DNA of 64,000 bases from an uncultured Candidatus Entotheonella sp. (GTDB lineage: Bacteria > Tectomicrobia > Entotheonellia > Entotheonellales > Entotheonellaceae), in the NCBI GenBank assembly GCA_965217185.1, contig OZ244252.1:4000001-4064000 (forward strand), read 5' to 3'. The translations under genes were made by a program, and so were the position numbers. The notes under the pieces are model-generated. The model saw only the letters and a program-made list of their open reading frames with translations, was not told the origin of the DNA and searched no databases. Of this stretch, positions 34,672 through 44,880 are shown piece by piece (within the stretch, counting starts at the first letter, position 1; every line of letters begins with the position of its first letter).

Positions 34672-34794
34672 GTTCGGGAGAACACTCCTGTAACCTGAAA
34701 TCATAGTGCTTTTTGACGCGGTCTCCATCACGCAGGGCCAGTTACTTGGGTCCCCGCCACAAGAAATAGAATTTCTGGGGCGGGACCGAAGCCC

Positions 34795-35093
34795 TTGGAC
34801 CGGCCCTTGAATGGGATGCGGACAAAGATAGAGCAAATCGAGCCAAGCACGGTATGAGCTTCGAGGAAGTCCTGTCTATCTTCGACGGACCCACCCTCAC
34901 AAAACTTGATGACCGGAGAGATTATGGCGAAATACGCCGGATCACCACGGGTATGCTCTTGCCGGATATCGTGCTGGTAGCGGCCCATACGGACCGCGGC
35001 GGGAAGATTCGGCTCATTTCAGCCCGCAAAGCCAATCGCCAGGAAAGGCAGGCATTTTATGACTATCTCGCGAAAGCGTCTGAAGGAAATTGA
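34795..35093 (+). pseudogene. BrnT-family toxin whose start codon is out of frame
   Basis: EWDADKDRANRAKHGMSFEE...DDRRDYGEIR...IRLISARKAN; in-frame stop at 34767 and no in-frame start before EWD; TTG at 34795 fits if one T is restored. Confidence 0.7.
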
Positions 35094-35210
35094 AGCCATA
35101 CGGGACGAGGATATCGACTATAGCGACATCCCTGAAACCGATGCAGCGTTCTGGGCGGATGCGGAATTCCGTATGCCCCCGGCCAAAGGCCAAAAGGGGC
35201 GTGCACTTGG
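35059..35210 (+). pseudogene. BrnA-family antitoxin, truncated
   Basis: DEDIDYSDIPETDAAFWADA N-terminus; the RHH/GYQ C-terminal part is absent. Confidence 0.7.
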
Positions 35211-35257
35211 AAATGGCGGCGCGAGCAAACATATCTCCAATCGGAGGCGGCTTAACG

Positions 35258-35791
35258 ATGGAACTAAGCAGAGGGGAACAGCAAGTGGCTGTTAAAAGCC
35301 TAATCTCCAGCCTTAACAGTATAAGTGCATTGGATGATCGATCAGCAGCATTGGTGGCTTTTTCCCATTTGGAAGGAGCTTTGCAGCAGGCTGTCGCAAA
35401 TAAATTAATTTGTTGCGACGATACAGAAATCTATAATCGCTTGTTTCAAGATGGTCCTTTGAGTAGCTTCTATAGCCAAATGTTGTGCGGACGTGCATTA
35501 GGCATGTTTGGACCTAAAACCTATAAGGATTTGGATAATCTCAGAAAAATTCGGAACCACTTTGCCCATGGATGGAAATGTGACACATTTGAGTCTGATT
35601 CCATTCGGGATCGCTGCAAAAACATAACCCTTCCTGAATGGGCGCCAAAGGTCAAACACAAATGGGGCCTGGAGGACAAATACCAAGAACCGCCAGTGAC
35701 GCCTATAGACCTGTATACAGGGTCATGTCTCAGGTACTGGAATGCCTTCGCAAACGTCTTGCTCGACGAAGAGTCCTTTCCACTGGAATAA
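35258..35791 (+). CDS. MtlR-like / HEPN-motif hypothetical protein, low GC
   Basis: DDRSAAL...GPLSSF...LRKIRNHFAH (Rx4H); GGAGG RBS; visibly AT-rich. Confidence 0.6.
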   Translation: MELSRGEQQVAVKSLISSLNSISALDDRSAALVAFSHLEGALQQAVANKLICCDDTEIYNRLFQDGPLSSFYSQMLCGRALGMFGPKTYKDLDNLRKIRNHFAHGWKCDTFESDSIRDRCKNITLPEWAPKVKHKWGLEDKYQEPPVTPIDLYTGSCLRYWNAFANVLLDEESFPLE

Positions 35792-35891
35792 GTAGTTGTT
35801 CTTGAGGACGGAAGCGGTTTCATAAATCTCTGACGGGTGCTCTATAGGCCATCGATTGTGACCGGATTTCAACCGTCCGAGGAGGTACCCA

Positions 35892-36242
35892 ATGCCGGTC
35901 GTTGACACACTGAGACTCAAAACCAGGCTAGCGGACAGCGGCATGCCTGAGACACAGGCACAGGTTCTTGTCGAAGAACTCGACGAGGTGCTGAGTACAG
36001 CGATTACCGCCCAAGTCGCAACCAAGGCGGATGTCGTTGAACTGCGCGCTGCCATCAGCGCCATCCACGAGCGCTTCGAGCAGATTGACAAGCGCTTCGA
36101 GGACATGAATCAAAGTGTCAATCAGCGCTTCAACGACCTAAACCAGAACGTCGTGCAAATGCGCTCCTGGTTGGTGGGCCTCTATGTCTTCATTGCCTTC
36201 GGCTTTCTCGGAATGATCGTGAAGGACCTGATCCTCAAGTAG
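35892..36242 (+). CDS. DUF1640/CCDC90-like coiled-coil protein with C-terminal TM helix
   Basis: DTL....L..SG..E.QA...ATKADV...RFEQIDKRFED; GGAGG RBS. Confidence 0.75.
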   Translation: MPVVDTLRLKTRLADSGMPETQAQVLVEELDEVLSTAITAQVATKADVVELRAAISAIHERFEQIDKRFEDMNQSVNQRFNDLNQNVVQMRSWLVGLYVFIAFGFLGMIVKDLILK

Positions 36243-36362
36243 GTTCTGCGGCTCGTCTCGGCCTCCCTGAGTACTCCCGCATAGCCGCAGATGGTACGGC
36301 CGCCTGCATCACAATCGGCACCCGAGAATCTCTTTCCAAACCCACCCGCTTGCCTCATAAAA

Positions 36363-37409
36363 TCACGACGCTTCATCATCGATCCCACGAACCAGGTCAA
36401 TCGCACGGCCCAGCGTGTCCAGCCGTTCGGCGAGGATGCTGCCGGCGGGATAGACGCGGAGGGTCGTGATGCCCGCGTCACGCCAAGCCCGCATGCGCTC
36501 CCGCACCATGGCCTCGGTGCCGACCATCGTGGTTTCCAGCACCATCTCGTCGGGGACGCACGCGACGGCTTCCTGGCGCTTGCCAGCCATCCAAAGCTGC
36601 TGCACCTGCGCGGCCACGTCGGCCCAGCCCTGGCGGCTGTAGGCGTCGTTGTAGAAATTGGTGCGGGCCGAGCCCATGCCGCCGAGGGAAAATGCCAGGC
36701 CGCGCTTGCGTTCGGCGATCAGGGCGTCGATGTCGTCGCTGAAGGCTACGTCGCCGCCTTGCGACAGGTCCAGGTCAGAGAGGCTGCGACCGGCGCGGGC
36801 GGCGCCGGCGGCCAGATGAGCGGTGTAGGCCGCGGCGCCGCGCGGGATGAAGCTGGTGCCGATCCAGCCATCGGCGAGTTCGCCGGTCAACTCCAGCATT
36901 TTCGGCGCCATGGTGGCCAGGTAGATAGGGATGTCGGGATTCGCCGGCTGGCTGAGGCGCAGCGCCTTGCCCTCGCCGCCGGGCCGCGGCAGGGTGAAAT
37001 ACCTGCCTTGGTAAGCGATGCGATCGCCGGCGAACGCCAGGCGGATAATGTCGATGGTCTCGCGCATGCGGCCCAGGGGGTGCGCGAACGGCTGGCCGTG
37101 CAGCCCCTCGATGACCTGCGGGCCGCTGACCCCGAGACCGAGGATGAAGCGGTTGTTGCACAGGCTGCTCAGGGTGAGGGCGGTCTGGGCGACCAGGGCG
37201 GGGGTGCGGATACCGAGTTGCAGGATGCCGCTGGCCAGCAGGATGCGCTCGGTTTTCGCCGCCAGGTACGCCAGCGGGCTGACGCCGTCGGTGCCCCAGG
37301 CTTCGGCGACGAAGCACACCGCGGCGCCGAGCCGTTCGGCTTCCTGCACGTAGGTGACGGCGTCGTCCCACGAGCCGCCCGCGGAGCCAAGCTGGATGGC
37401 CACGCGCAT
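36363..37409 (-). CDS. LLM-class flavin/F420-dependent oxidoreductase
   Basis: AEAWGTD, RTPALVAQTALTL, RFILGLGVSGPQVIEGLHG, LELTGELADGW. Confidence 0.9.
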   Translation of the reverse strand: MRVAIQLGSAGGSWDDAVTYVQEAERLGAAVCFVAEAWGTDGVSPLAYLAAKTERILLASGILQLGIRTPALVAQTALTLSSLCNNRFILGLGVSGPQVIEGLHGQPFAHPLGRMRETIDIIRLAFAGDRIAYQGRYFTLPRPGGEGKALRLSQPANPDIPIYLATMAPKMLELTGELADGWIGTSFIPRGAAAYTAHLAAGAARAGRSLSDLDLSQGGDVAFSDDIDALIAERKRGLAFSLGGMGSARTNFYNDAYSRQGWADVAAQVQQLWMAGKRQEAVACVPDEMVLETTMVGTEAMVRERMRAWRDAGITTLRVYPAGSILAERLDTLGRAIDLVRGIDDEAS

Positions 37410-37411
37410 CG

Positions 37412-37906
37412 TCAGGCCCCTTGCTCGGCGGCGGCTTTCAGACCTTCCAGGGTGGCTTGCATGTTGCGGCGGATCTCGGCGCAGCGGGCGGCAACGATGT
37501 CTTCTTCGCGGTCGGGTTGCTCGGCAATGCGTGCCGTCAAGCCGGAGGGTCCCGGCCCCAGGCGCACGTGCTGCCGCACCCGCGTGCCGCCACCCTCGGG
37601 CTGCAGATCGAATCGCCACGTCGCGGCGGCGTTGTCGGGATCGCTCACCGCCCAGGCGAGCGCTTGCCCCGGCACCGATTCGATGACCGTGGACTCACTT
37701 ACCCACTCCCGCTCACCGCGCCTGTTGCGGCCCTTGAACCGCATTCCGACGGCGGGCCCGGTGGCGCCGTCGAGCCAGTCGCCGCCCTGGTACTCGGGGC
37801 TCCACTCGCCCATGAGCGCGAGGTCGCCCACCAGTTCCCACACCCGCGCCGGGGTTGCCTCCACCGAAATTTCTACTTCAACGGTTGGTCCGTCTTGCAT
37901 TCGCAT
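37412..37906 (-). CDS. SRPBCC (polyketide cyclase-like) family protein
   Basis: VEATPARVWELVGDL..MGEWSPE...GMRFKGRN...TLEGLKAAAE. Confidence 0.88.
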   Translation of the reverse strand: MRMQDGPTVEVEISVEATPARVWELVGDLALMGEWSPEYQGGDWLDGATGPAVGMRFKGRNRRGEREWVSESTVIESVPGQALAWAVSDPDNAAATWRFDLQPEGGGTRVRQHVRLGPGPSGLTARIAEQPDREEDIVAARCAEIRRNMQATLEGLKAAAEQGA

Positions 37907-37937
37907 AGCTGTTTTCCTTGTATGGAAGTGTCGTTCT

Positions 37938-39029
37938 TTATCTCACCCGCGACGCCATGACCACGCTGCCGGCCGCAAAACAGCCGTTGGCGCTCCAGGC
38001 CGCCAGCAACGGCGGAAGTTGCCCGTTGACGCCGAGAGCGATGGCTAGGGAGTGCAGAATCCAATAGCTGAAACCGGCGGCCAAGGTCAGGGCGACGGCG
38101 CGAATCATGCCGCCGCTGCGGTTGGAGAGCAGGGAAAGGGGCAGGCCGAAGCAGGCCATGAGGACGCCCACCGCGGCGAAGGCGATCTTGCCGTGAAATG
38201 CCACCCGATAGAGGCGGTCCGGCACCCCTTGCTGCCGCAGGCGCCGGGCGTGCGCAAGGCTCTCCTGCAGACTCATCTCGTCCGGTTCCTTGCGCACCGC
38301 GCCGATGTCCTCGGCGCGTTCCGGGAAGTCGACGCGCCGGACGGCGAATACCTCCGGGCTATCCACGAAATGGCCCTGTGCGTCGAAGGTGTGCCGTTGC
38401 CCGTCGTGCAGCGTCCAGCCGTCGGCATCCCAGCGTGCCTCGGCGGCATCGTAACGCTGCCGAACGCGCCCGGCGTCGTCCACTTCGAAGATGGTGACGT
38501 TGAGCAGGCGTTGTTCCAGCGGCAAACCGCGCTTGATGCTCCAAATACGCTGGGCGCTACGATACCAGATGTGCCCACGCTGAAACAGGCCCTGCCCCAG
38601 GTCCATCTTGGCGTGGCGGACGCGGGTGCGCCAGATCAGGTTGGCGGTGTGGTTGGTGTGCGGCACCAGGTAGGCTTGCGCCATCAGCATCACCAGGCAC
38701 ACGATGCCGCCTGCCAAGGCCAACGGCCAGGCGAGGCTCAGGGGCGAGCGGCCCGCGGCGCGGATTGCCACGATTTCGTTGTTCTTGTTGAGGGTGCTGA
38801 AGGTGAGAACCGAGGCCAGCAGGCAGCCCACCGGCGCCATCTGGTAGAGGATACCGGGCAGCTTGAACGCCAGGTAGCGCGCCGCGTCGTACCACAGGAC
38901 CTGCCGCTCGATGAATTCGTCGATGCGGTCGAAGATTTCCACGACCAGGAACAGGGCTGTGCAGAGGCCCAGGCTGGCGGCGAAATAGGTCACGAAGTAG
39001 CGGCAGACGTAGCGGCTAAACAACGACAT
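37938..39029 (-). CDS. lptG: LPS export ABC transporter permease, LptF/LptG family (LptG-like)
   Basis: 3+3 TM layout, LNKNNEIVAIRAAG, LPPLLAAW. Confidence 0.85.
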   Translation of the reverse strand: MSLFSRYVCRYFVTYFAASLGLCTALFLVVEIFDRIDEFIERQVLWYDAARYLAFKLPGILYQMAPVGCLLASVLTFSTLNKNNEIVAIRAAGRSPLSLAWPLALAGGIVCLVMLMAQAYLVPHTNHTANLIWRTRVRHAKMDLGQGLFQRGHIWYRSAQRIWSIKRGLPLEQRLLNVTIFEVDDAGRVRQRYDAAEARWDADGWTLHDGQRHTFDAQGHFVDSPEVFAVRRVDFPERAEDIGAVRKEPDEMSLQESLAHARRLRQQGVPDRLYRVAFHGKIAFAAVGVLMACFGLPLSLLSNRSGGMIRAVALTLAAGFSYWILHSLAIALGVNGQLPPLLAAWSANGCFAAGSVVMASRVR

Positions 39030-39079
39030 GGGAGAATTCCGTTTCGGTTTGCGGAACGGCGGGAACGTTGGCGGTTGTT

Positions 39080-39116
39080 GTAGGTCGGATTAGCGCAGCG
39101 TAATCCGACATTCCAC
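39080..39116. repeat. GTAG-type REP
   Basis: gtaggtcggattagcgcagcgtaatccgacattccac; matches 33289-33327. Confidence 0.75.
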
Positions 39117-39766
39117 TATGCGCTGCGGCAGACGCAATAGATGACTTTGATGTTGTCGGCATAATCCGCGTTGCCGGGCAGATACACCTGGGGCTCGGAG
39201 ACGGAAACCGGCGTCCATATCCCCTCGTCTGCCAGTGTTTGCATCACCCCTGCGACGTCACGTTCGTTGAAGAGGTCCTCCCGCTGCGTAAAGGCCACCA
39301 GGCCGCCGGGCTGCACGACCCGGCAAAATTCCCGCAGGATAGCGGCCGTGTCCGGGACATAGGTCAGCACCCCCACGCACTGCACGGCGGCGTATGCGTC
39401 GGTTGCAAGTGGTAGGGGCACCTGTTGCATGTTGACCTGGATGAGACGCTCGTAGACCCCGGCCTGCGCAGCCACGTCGAGCGACGCCTGGGAGATGTCG
39501 ATGCCCGTCAGGCGCCGGAACCCGGCGGCGTGCAACGCCTTCCCGGACAGCCCAGTGCCGCATCCGGCGTCCAGAACGTGACCGTCCGGCGGCACTTCCT
39601 GCTTGAGCATCGTTGCCACGATCATCGGGCTTTGGTAGTCCCATTGCGCCAGGGTCTGGTCGTAGTTTTCGGCCCAGGTATCATAATAAGTTGCGGTTTC
39701 CTGGCTGTCGGTGCTGAGCTTGGTGAGCCAGTTGTGGTCGTTGGGATTGGGGGGTGATGCGGTCAT
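39116..39766 (-). CDS. Class I SAM-dependent methyltransferase
   Basis: YDTWAENYD, VLDAGCGTGLSG, GIDIS. Confidence 0.88.
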   Translation of the reverse strand: MTASPPNPNDHNWLTKLSTDSQETATYYDTWAENYDQTLAQWDYQSPMIVATMLKQEVPPDGHVLDAGCGTGLSGKALHAAGFRRLTGIDISQASLDVAAQAGVYERLIQVNMQQVPLPLATDAYAAVQCVGVLTYVPDTAAILREFCRVVQPGGLVAFTQREDLFNERDVAGVMQTLADEGIWTPVSVSEPQVYLPGNADYADNIKVIYCVCRSA

Positions 39767-40003
39767 GGGGTCTCCGTAGGTCGTAGCGTCCTGTTGTCCG
39801 CGCGTCGTCCTCGCGTCATATTACCCAGGGTGCGAGAATAGGGTCAAACCTCTGTTATGGCTTGCGCCTCTGGGAGTGTAGCCGGTGTGCTGGCGGTCGG
39901 TCCATCTGATGCGATATGCTTCCCTCGAGTGAACTGGTGCCATGCCAAGCTTGGTGCGGAGAACATCGCAGCCATTCTGAAACTCGCTTGAGAGCCAACC
40001 AAA

Positions 40004-41434
40004 ATGACTCAGAGCGCCTTTGCTTTCCTCAGGAACGCTTCGGACGTGCCCGGCTCGCCAAATGGTGGATCAACATCCGCTCGAGCCGCGTTACACGCGC
40101 GTTTTGCGGACCGTATCATTGTTGACCACGACCTCACGCGGCGCCTCGTTTCGTATCAAGGAAATAAGCACATCCCAGGTTTTCGCTGGATGAAGTACAA
40201 GGAGGGGTTCTCCGCGCCTCTTGTCGAGCGCTTCCTCGGCTATGGCGGCGCCAAGCCGACCCGCGTGCTGGATCCCTTTTCCGGTATGGGGACCACTGCC
40301 CTCACGGCCAGTCGGGGAGGCCGTGAAGCGACGGGCATCGAGGTCATGCAGGTGGGCAATCTCGTCGCAAGAGCCATTACATCTGTTGCCAACGGCATCG
40401 ACCCCCGACACCTTTCAGACGCCTCGCGGGGTCTTCTGGATTACCTGGGACATGGCGTTCCCGATTCGGAGTACGCCTTTCCACACGTTCGCATTACCCG
40501 CGGCGCGTTCTCCCCACAGGCTGAGGCGGACATTGCCAAGGCGCGCACGTTCATTTCTAAAATAGCTGGCGGCGAATTGGCCATGGTGTTGACGACTGCC
40601 TGCGTCACCGCCATCGAGGAAATCAGCTACACGCGCAAAGACGGTCAGTACCTGCGTTGGGATCCACGGTCGGGCCGGACAGAGAGCGCACGATTAGACA
40701 AAGGGCCTCTGCCTACGCTCGGCGACGTGCTGAAACGCCGACTCGGCGAGATCGCCGACGATTTGCCGGTCCTCAAGCGCAGATACGCGGGGCCGTCTCC
40801 ACGCTTTGTCGATGGCTCTTGTCTGACCGAATTGAACAGCCTCTCCCCTGATGAATTCGATACCGTCATCACGTCCCCCCCTTACGCGAATCGGTATGAC
40901 TACACCCGCACCTATGCCCTGGAACTGGCTTGGCTCGGTTACGACGAGCAGCGTTTCAAGACATTGCGCCAAACGTTGCTGTCCGCAACCGTCGAGAATC
41001 ACTCGAAACGCGCCGAGTTGGAGGCCATGTACCAAGCAAGGTCGGCCAGCTTGACCGGAGTATTCGATATGGTGGACAGCAACCCCGCCTTATGCGAGGT
41101 GCTCGATATCCTCCGGGATCACGCAGCCGAACTCGGCAACAGGCATGTCATCCGTCTGCTCGAGCATTACTTCACCGAAATGGCCGTTGTCATCCATGAA
41201 TTGGCGCGCGTTGTTGCCGCAGGCGGACATGTCTTCATGGTTAACGATAACGTGCGTTATCACGGCGAGGAAGCACCCGTGGACCTGATTCTCTCCGACT
41301 TCGCCGAGCAGGCGGGATTCCGTTGCAAGTCGATCTGGACGTTGCCACGGGGCAAGGGAAATTCCAGCCAGCAGATGGGTCGATTCGGGCGGGAAGAGAT
41401 ACGCAAATGCGTGTACCACTGGATGAAGCTGTGA
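40004..41434 (+). CDS. Site-specific amino-DNA methyltransferase (likely N4-cytosine)
   Basis: VLDPFSGMGTT (motif I) followed by ITSPPY (motif IV). Confidence 0.88.
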   Translation: MTQSAFAFLRNASDVPGSPNGGSTSARAALHARFADRIIVDHDLTRRLVSYQGNKHIPGFRWMKYKEGFSAPLVERFLGYGGAKPTRVLDPFSGMGTTALTASRGGREATGIEVMQVGNLVARAITSVANGIDPRHLSDASRGLLDYLGHGVPDSEYAFPHVRITRGAFSPQAEADIAKARTFISKIAGGELAMVLTTACVTAIEEISYTRKDGQYLRWDPRSGRTESARLDKGPLPTLGDVLKRRLGEIADDLPVLKRRYAGPSPRFVDGSCLTELNSLSPDEFDTVITSPPYANRYDYTRTYALELAWLGYDEQRFKTLRQTLLSATVENHSKRAELEAMYQARSASLTGVFDMVDSNPALCEVLDILRDHAAELGNRHVIRLLEHYFTEMAVVIHELARVVAAGGHVFMVNDNVRYHGEEAPVDLILSDFAEQAGFRCKSIWTLPRGKGNSSQQMGRFGREEIRKCVYHWMKL

Positions 41435-42400
41435 TGGAAAGAAACAGGCTGGAAGAAGCCCACAAACGGGCGCAGATCATCTCCTACCGAATTCGGCTGC
41501 GAATCGATGAGGCGGTGCGCGCCAAGATTCTGGCGTTCTCCGGGGATCTGACGGGCCGCCCGGAAGAATTTGGTATCGACCTCGTAGCGTGGCGTTACGT
41601 GAAAGGAATCAGCGTCAAGCGACGCCTTGTCTTCGCCCATCCCGATATGCTGCGCACACACCCGGATACATCGTTGCACTATCGAGGCATCGCTACGCTG
41701 TCCCTGAAGCGGGTGCAGCAGATTGCCGGCTCCGTGGACCGCTGGGAAAAAGCACCCAGCCGCGTGCGCGTCACGGAAGAACGCGCGCTGCGAGTTGCGC
41801 GACTCTACAATACGGTCGTTTCTTCGGATCATTCGTGAGTCAACGGACTGGACGCTCCAGAATGGCTACCGGAACATTCTGGCCACTATGGGAATCACCG
41901 AAGACGGGGCGCTGAGAAACATCATCGGGCAGGAGGCAGAAAGGGCTGTTAAGGAGAAAATTGTCAACTGGCTCGAGACCCACTCCGGCAAGGCGTGCAG
42001 AGCCGATGAGACCCGCACAAGTTGGATATTGGGCGATGGCGAAAGTCTGCGCATGATCTTTGGGTCTGAGCCAGACATTTGCTTTGAAAGGAAGTCCCCA
42101 AACGGCGCTTGGGATATCGTGTCAACCATCGAAGTGAAGGGCGGAACAGACCCCGCCGGAGCCCTGGAGCGGCTCGGTGCGGTCAAAAAGTCCTTTGATC
42201 GTACGCCCGTGAGAGCCAAAAATTTTCTGGTTGTGGGTGTGGCGACTGACGAAATGCGCTATCAACTGGAGCAGATGCACGTGGAAAAATTTTTCGATCT
42301 TTCGGAGATTCTTTACCTTGACGATAAGTGGCAGCAATTCGTCAACGAAGTGTTTCACCACACCTTGAGGCTACTCGAAAGGCCTTTTCAAATCGGGTGA
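41434..42400 (+). pseudogene. Type II restriction endonuclease (XcyI-like), frameshifted near 41826
   Basis: Coupled to the MTase stop; YNTVVSS continues as IIRESTDWT in another frame; EPDI...IEVKGGTDPAGALERLGA PD-(D/E)xK core. Confidence 0.7.
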
Positions 42401-42464
42401 CTACGGTCGGATTGCGAGTGGCGTGGGTGGTATTGATTCTCTTTTGACTACGGATCATGTTTTC

Positions 42465-43076
42465 ATGAACCAGCCCCGCTCGCCCGTGTTTACCATCGGA
42501 CACTCGAACCACTCCGCTGAAGTGTTTTTGACGCTGCTGCTGAGACACGAGATTGAAGAGGTGGCGGATGTCCGGTCATCGCCGCACAGCCGGTACAATC
42601 CCCAATTCAACCGGAAGATCTTGCAGGCTGCGCTGGCGGGAGCGGGCGTCGGCTACGTGTTCATGGGTGCGGAGCTTGGCGGCCGGCCGGCGGACCCTTC
42701 GTGCTACGACGGCGAGGGGCGGGTTCAATACGACCGGTTGTCGGAAGCGGATGCGTTCAATGAGGGTATCCGGCAGGTCATCCGGCGCGCCGACGAGTGC
42801 CGCATCGCGCTGATGTGCAGCGAGAAGGAGCCGCTGGCTTGTCACCGGACGCTGCTGATTGCCCAGGTACTGACGGCGCAGGGCATTGCCGTCCAACATA
42901 TTCTCGCCGACGGTGGTCTGGAAAATCACGCCGCTGCTATAGACCGACTGCTGGGTCAATTCAAATTATCCAGAGACGGGGACATGTTCCGCTCCAGGGA
43001 GCAACTCATCGCCGACGCCGTGAGCAGACAGGCAGAGAAGGTGGCGTATGTGGGCAGACCGCCGGATATCGTCTAA
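42465..43076 (+). CDS. DUF488 family protein
   Basis: FTIGHSN, DVRSSP.SR..PQFN, ELGGR, LMCSE..P..CHR. Confidence 0.9.
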   Translation: MNQPRSPVFTIGHSNHSAEVFLTLLLRHEIEEVADVRSSPHSRYNPQFNRKILQAALAGAGVGYVFMGAELGGRPADPSCYDGEGRVQYDRLSEADAFNEGIRQVIRRADECRIALMCSEKEPLACHRTLLIAQVLTAQGIAVQHILADGGLENHAAAIDRLLGQFKLSRDGDMFRSREQLIADAVSRQAEKVAYVGRPPDIV

Positions 43077-43085
43077 TTCCAATAC

Positions 43086-43122
43086 ATAGTTTTAAGCTAT
43101 CATAAACATCATTATTATGTAT
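43086..43122 (+). promoter_or_regulatory. OxyR-type binding site upstream of catalase
   Basis: ATAG-N7-CTAT-N7-ATCA-N7-GTAT versus consensus ATAG-N7-CTAT-N7-ATAG-N7-CTAT; TTGACA at 43134. Confidence 0.7.
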
Positions 43123-43238
43123 TTTACTTATTATTGACAGACCGTTACCTTCCCCCTCAGCACAACAACGCGACCCCCGCATATTCGACCCAGGGGCCTT
43201 GCAACCGCGTGATTCTCAACCGCTGAGGAGACGACATC

Positions 43239-44732
43239 ATGAGTCACCATCATCATATCCTGACCACGGCTGACGGCGCGCCCATCGCCGATAATCAAAA
43301 TGCCTTGACCGCGGGTGCGCGTGGCCCGCTGCTCATGCAGGACATGCAGCTTCTGGAGCAGATGCAGCATTTCAACCGCGAGCGCATCCCGGAGCGCGTG
43401 GTGCACGCCAAGGGCTCTGCGGCGTACGGCACCTTTACGGTCACCAACGACGTGACCCGCTACACGCGCGCCGCGTTTCTCTCGGAGGTCGGCAAGGAAA
43501 CCGAGACGTTTCTGCGCTTTTCCACCGTGGCCGGCGAACGCGGCGCGGCGGATGCGGAACGCGACGTGCGGGGCTTTGCGCTGAAGTTCTACACCGAGCA
43601 GGGCAACTGGGACATGGTGGGCAACAACACCCCGGTGTTCTTCGTGCGCGACCCCTACAAGTTCGCCCAGTTCATCCACACCCAGAAGCGCCATCCGCAA
43701 ACCAACCTGCGCGACATGAACATACAGTGGGACTTCTGGTCGCTGTGCCCGGAATCCCTGCATCAGGTGACGATCCTCTTTTCGGATCGCGGCTTGCCCA
43801 GATCGTACCGGCACCTCAACGGCTACGGCAGCCATACCTACAGCCTCATCAACGCGGACGGCGAACGGGTGTGGTGCAAATTCCATTTCAAGACGCTGCA
43901 GGGCATCGAGTGCCTCACCGATGCCGAAGCGGGCGCCTTGACGGCAAGGGACCGCGAATCGCACCAGCGCGACCTCTTCGAGGCCATCGAGCGCGGCGAT
44001 TTTCCGCGCTGGCGCTTCTCCATTCAGATCATGACTGAGGCTCAGGCCGAGGCGTTTCCGTGGAATCCGTTTGATCTCACGAAGGTTTGGCCGCACGTGG
44101 ACTTTCCGTTGATCGAGGTGGGTATTCTGGAGCTCAACCGCAACCCGGAAAACTATTTTGCCGAGGTGGAGCAGGCGTCGTTCAGCCCCAGCGCCACCGT
44201 ACCCGGCATCAGCTGGAGCCCCGACAAAATGCTCCAGGCGCGCCTGATGAGCTACGCCGACGCCCACCGTTACCGGGTCGGCAACAACTATCAGCAACTG
44301 CCGGTCAACCGCCCGCGCTGTCCGGTGATGCACTACCAGCGCGACGGTGTCATGTCGCTGGGACAGGGCGGCAGCGCCATCCATTACTTCCCCAACAGCG
44401 ATGACACGGCGCCGAAGGATCACCCGGAATACAGGGAGCCGGCGCTGCCGCTGGGCGACGTCGCGGTGGACCGCTACGACTCGCGTGAAGATCATGACGA
44501 TTTCACCCAGGCGGGCAATCTCTACCGCCTCCTGCCGCCGGACGAGCAGGAGCGGTTGCACAACGCCATCGCCGGGGCGCTCGGGCAGGCAAGGCCGGAT
44601 ATCCAGATGCGCCAACTCTGCCACTTCTTCCGGGCCGATACCGACTACGGCCGCGGGGTGGCGCAAGCGCTCGGGTTGGACATCACGGAGATCGAATCCA
44701 GGCTGGTGGCGGATGCCATGGCCCTGGTCTAG
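43239..44732 (+). CDS. katA: Monofunctional heme catalase
   Basis: [44 protein letters not shown]. Confidence 0.95.
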   Translation: MSHHHHILTTADGAPIADNQNALTAGARGPLLMQDMQLLEQMQHFNRERIPERVVHAKGSAAYGTFTVTNDVTRYTRAAFLSEVGKETETFLRFSTVAGERGAADAERDVRGFALKFYTEQGNWDMVGNNTPVFFVRDPYKFAQFIHTQKRHPQTNLRDMNIQWDFWSLCPESLHQVTILFSDRGLPRSYRHLNGYGSHTYSLINADGERVWCKFHFKTLQGIECLTDAEAGALTARDRESHQRDLFEAIERGDFPRWRFSIQIMTEAQAEAFPWNPFDLTKVWPHVDFPLIEVGILELNRNPENYFAEVEQASFSPSATVPGISWSPDKMLQARLMSYADAHRYRVGNNYQQLPVNRPRCPVMHYQRDGVMSLGQGGSAIHYFPNSDDTAPKDHPEYREPALPLGDVAVDRYDSREDHDDFTQAGNLYRLLPPDEQERLHNAIAGALGQARPDIQMRQLCHFFRADTDYGRGVAQALGLDITEIESRLVADAMALV

Positions 44733-44880
44733 GGAGGTGTGAGCAGGTCGCCAAAACGCGACCGGGTTCCGTATGAATAGCTGATGCTTTCTGTTGGCCA
44801 TCCCGGGACACGACCTCTCCGCCGGGATAAGGTAAATTGGCCGACAGGAGTTAGCATCGGTGGAACTTCATCAGACCTCC

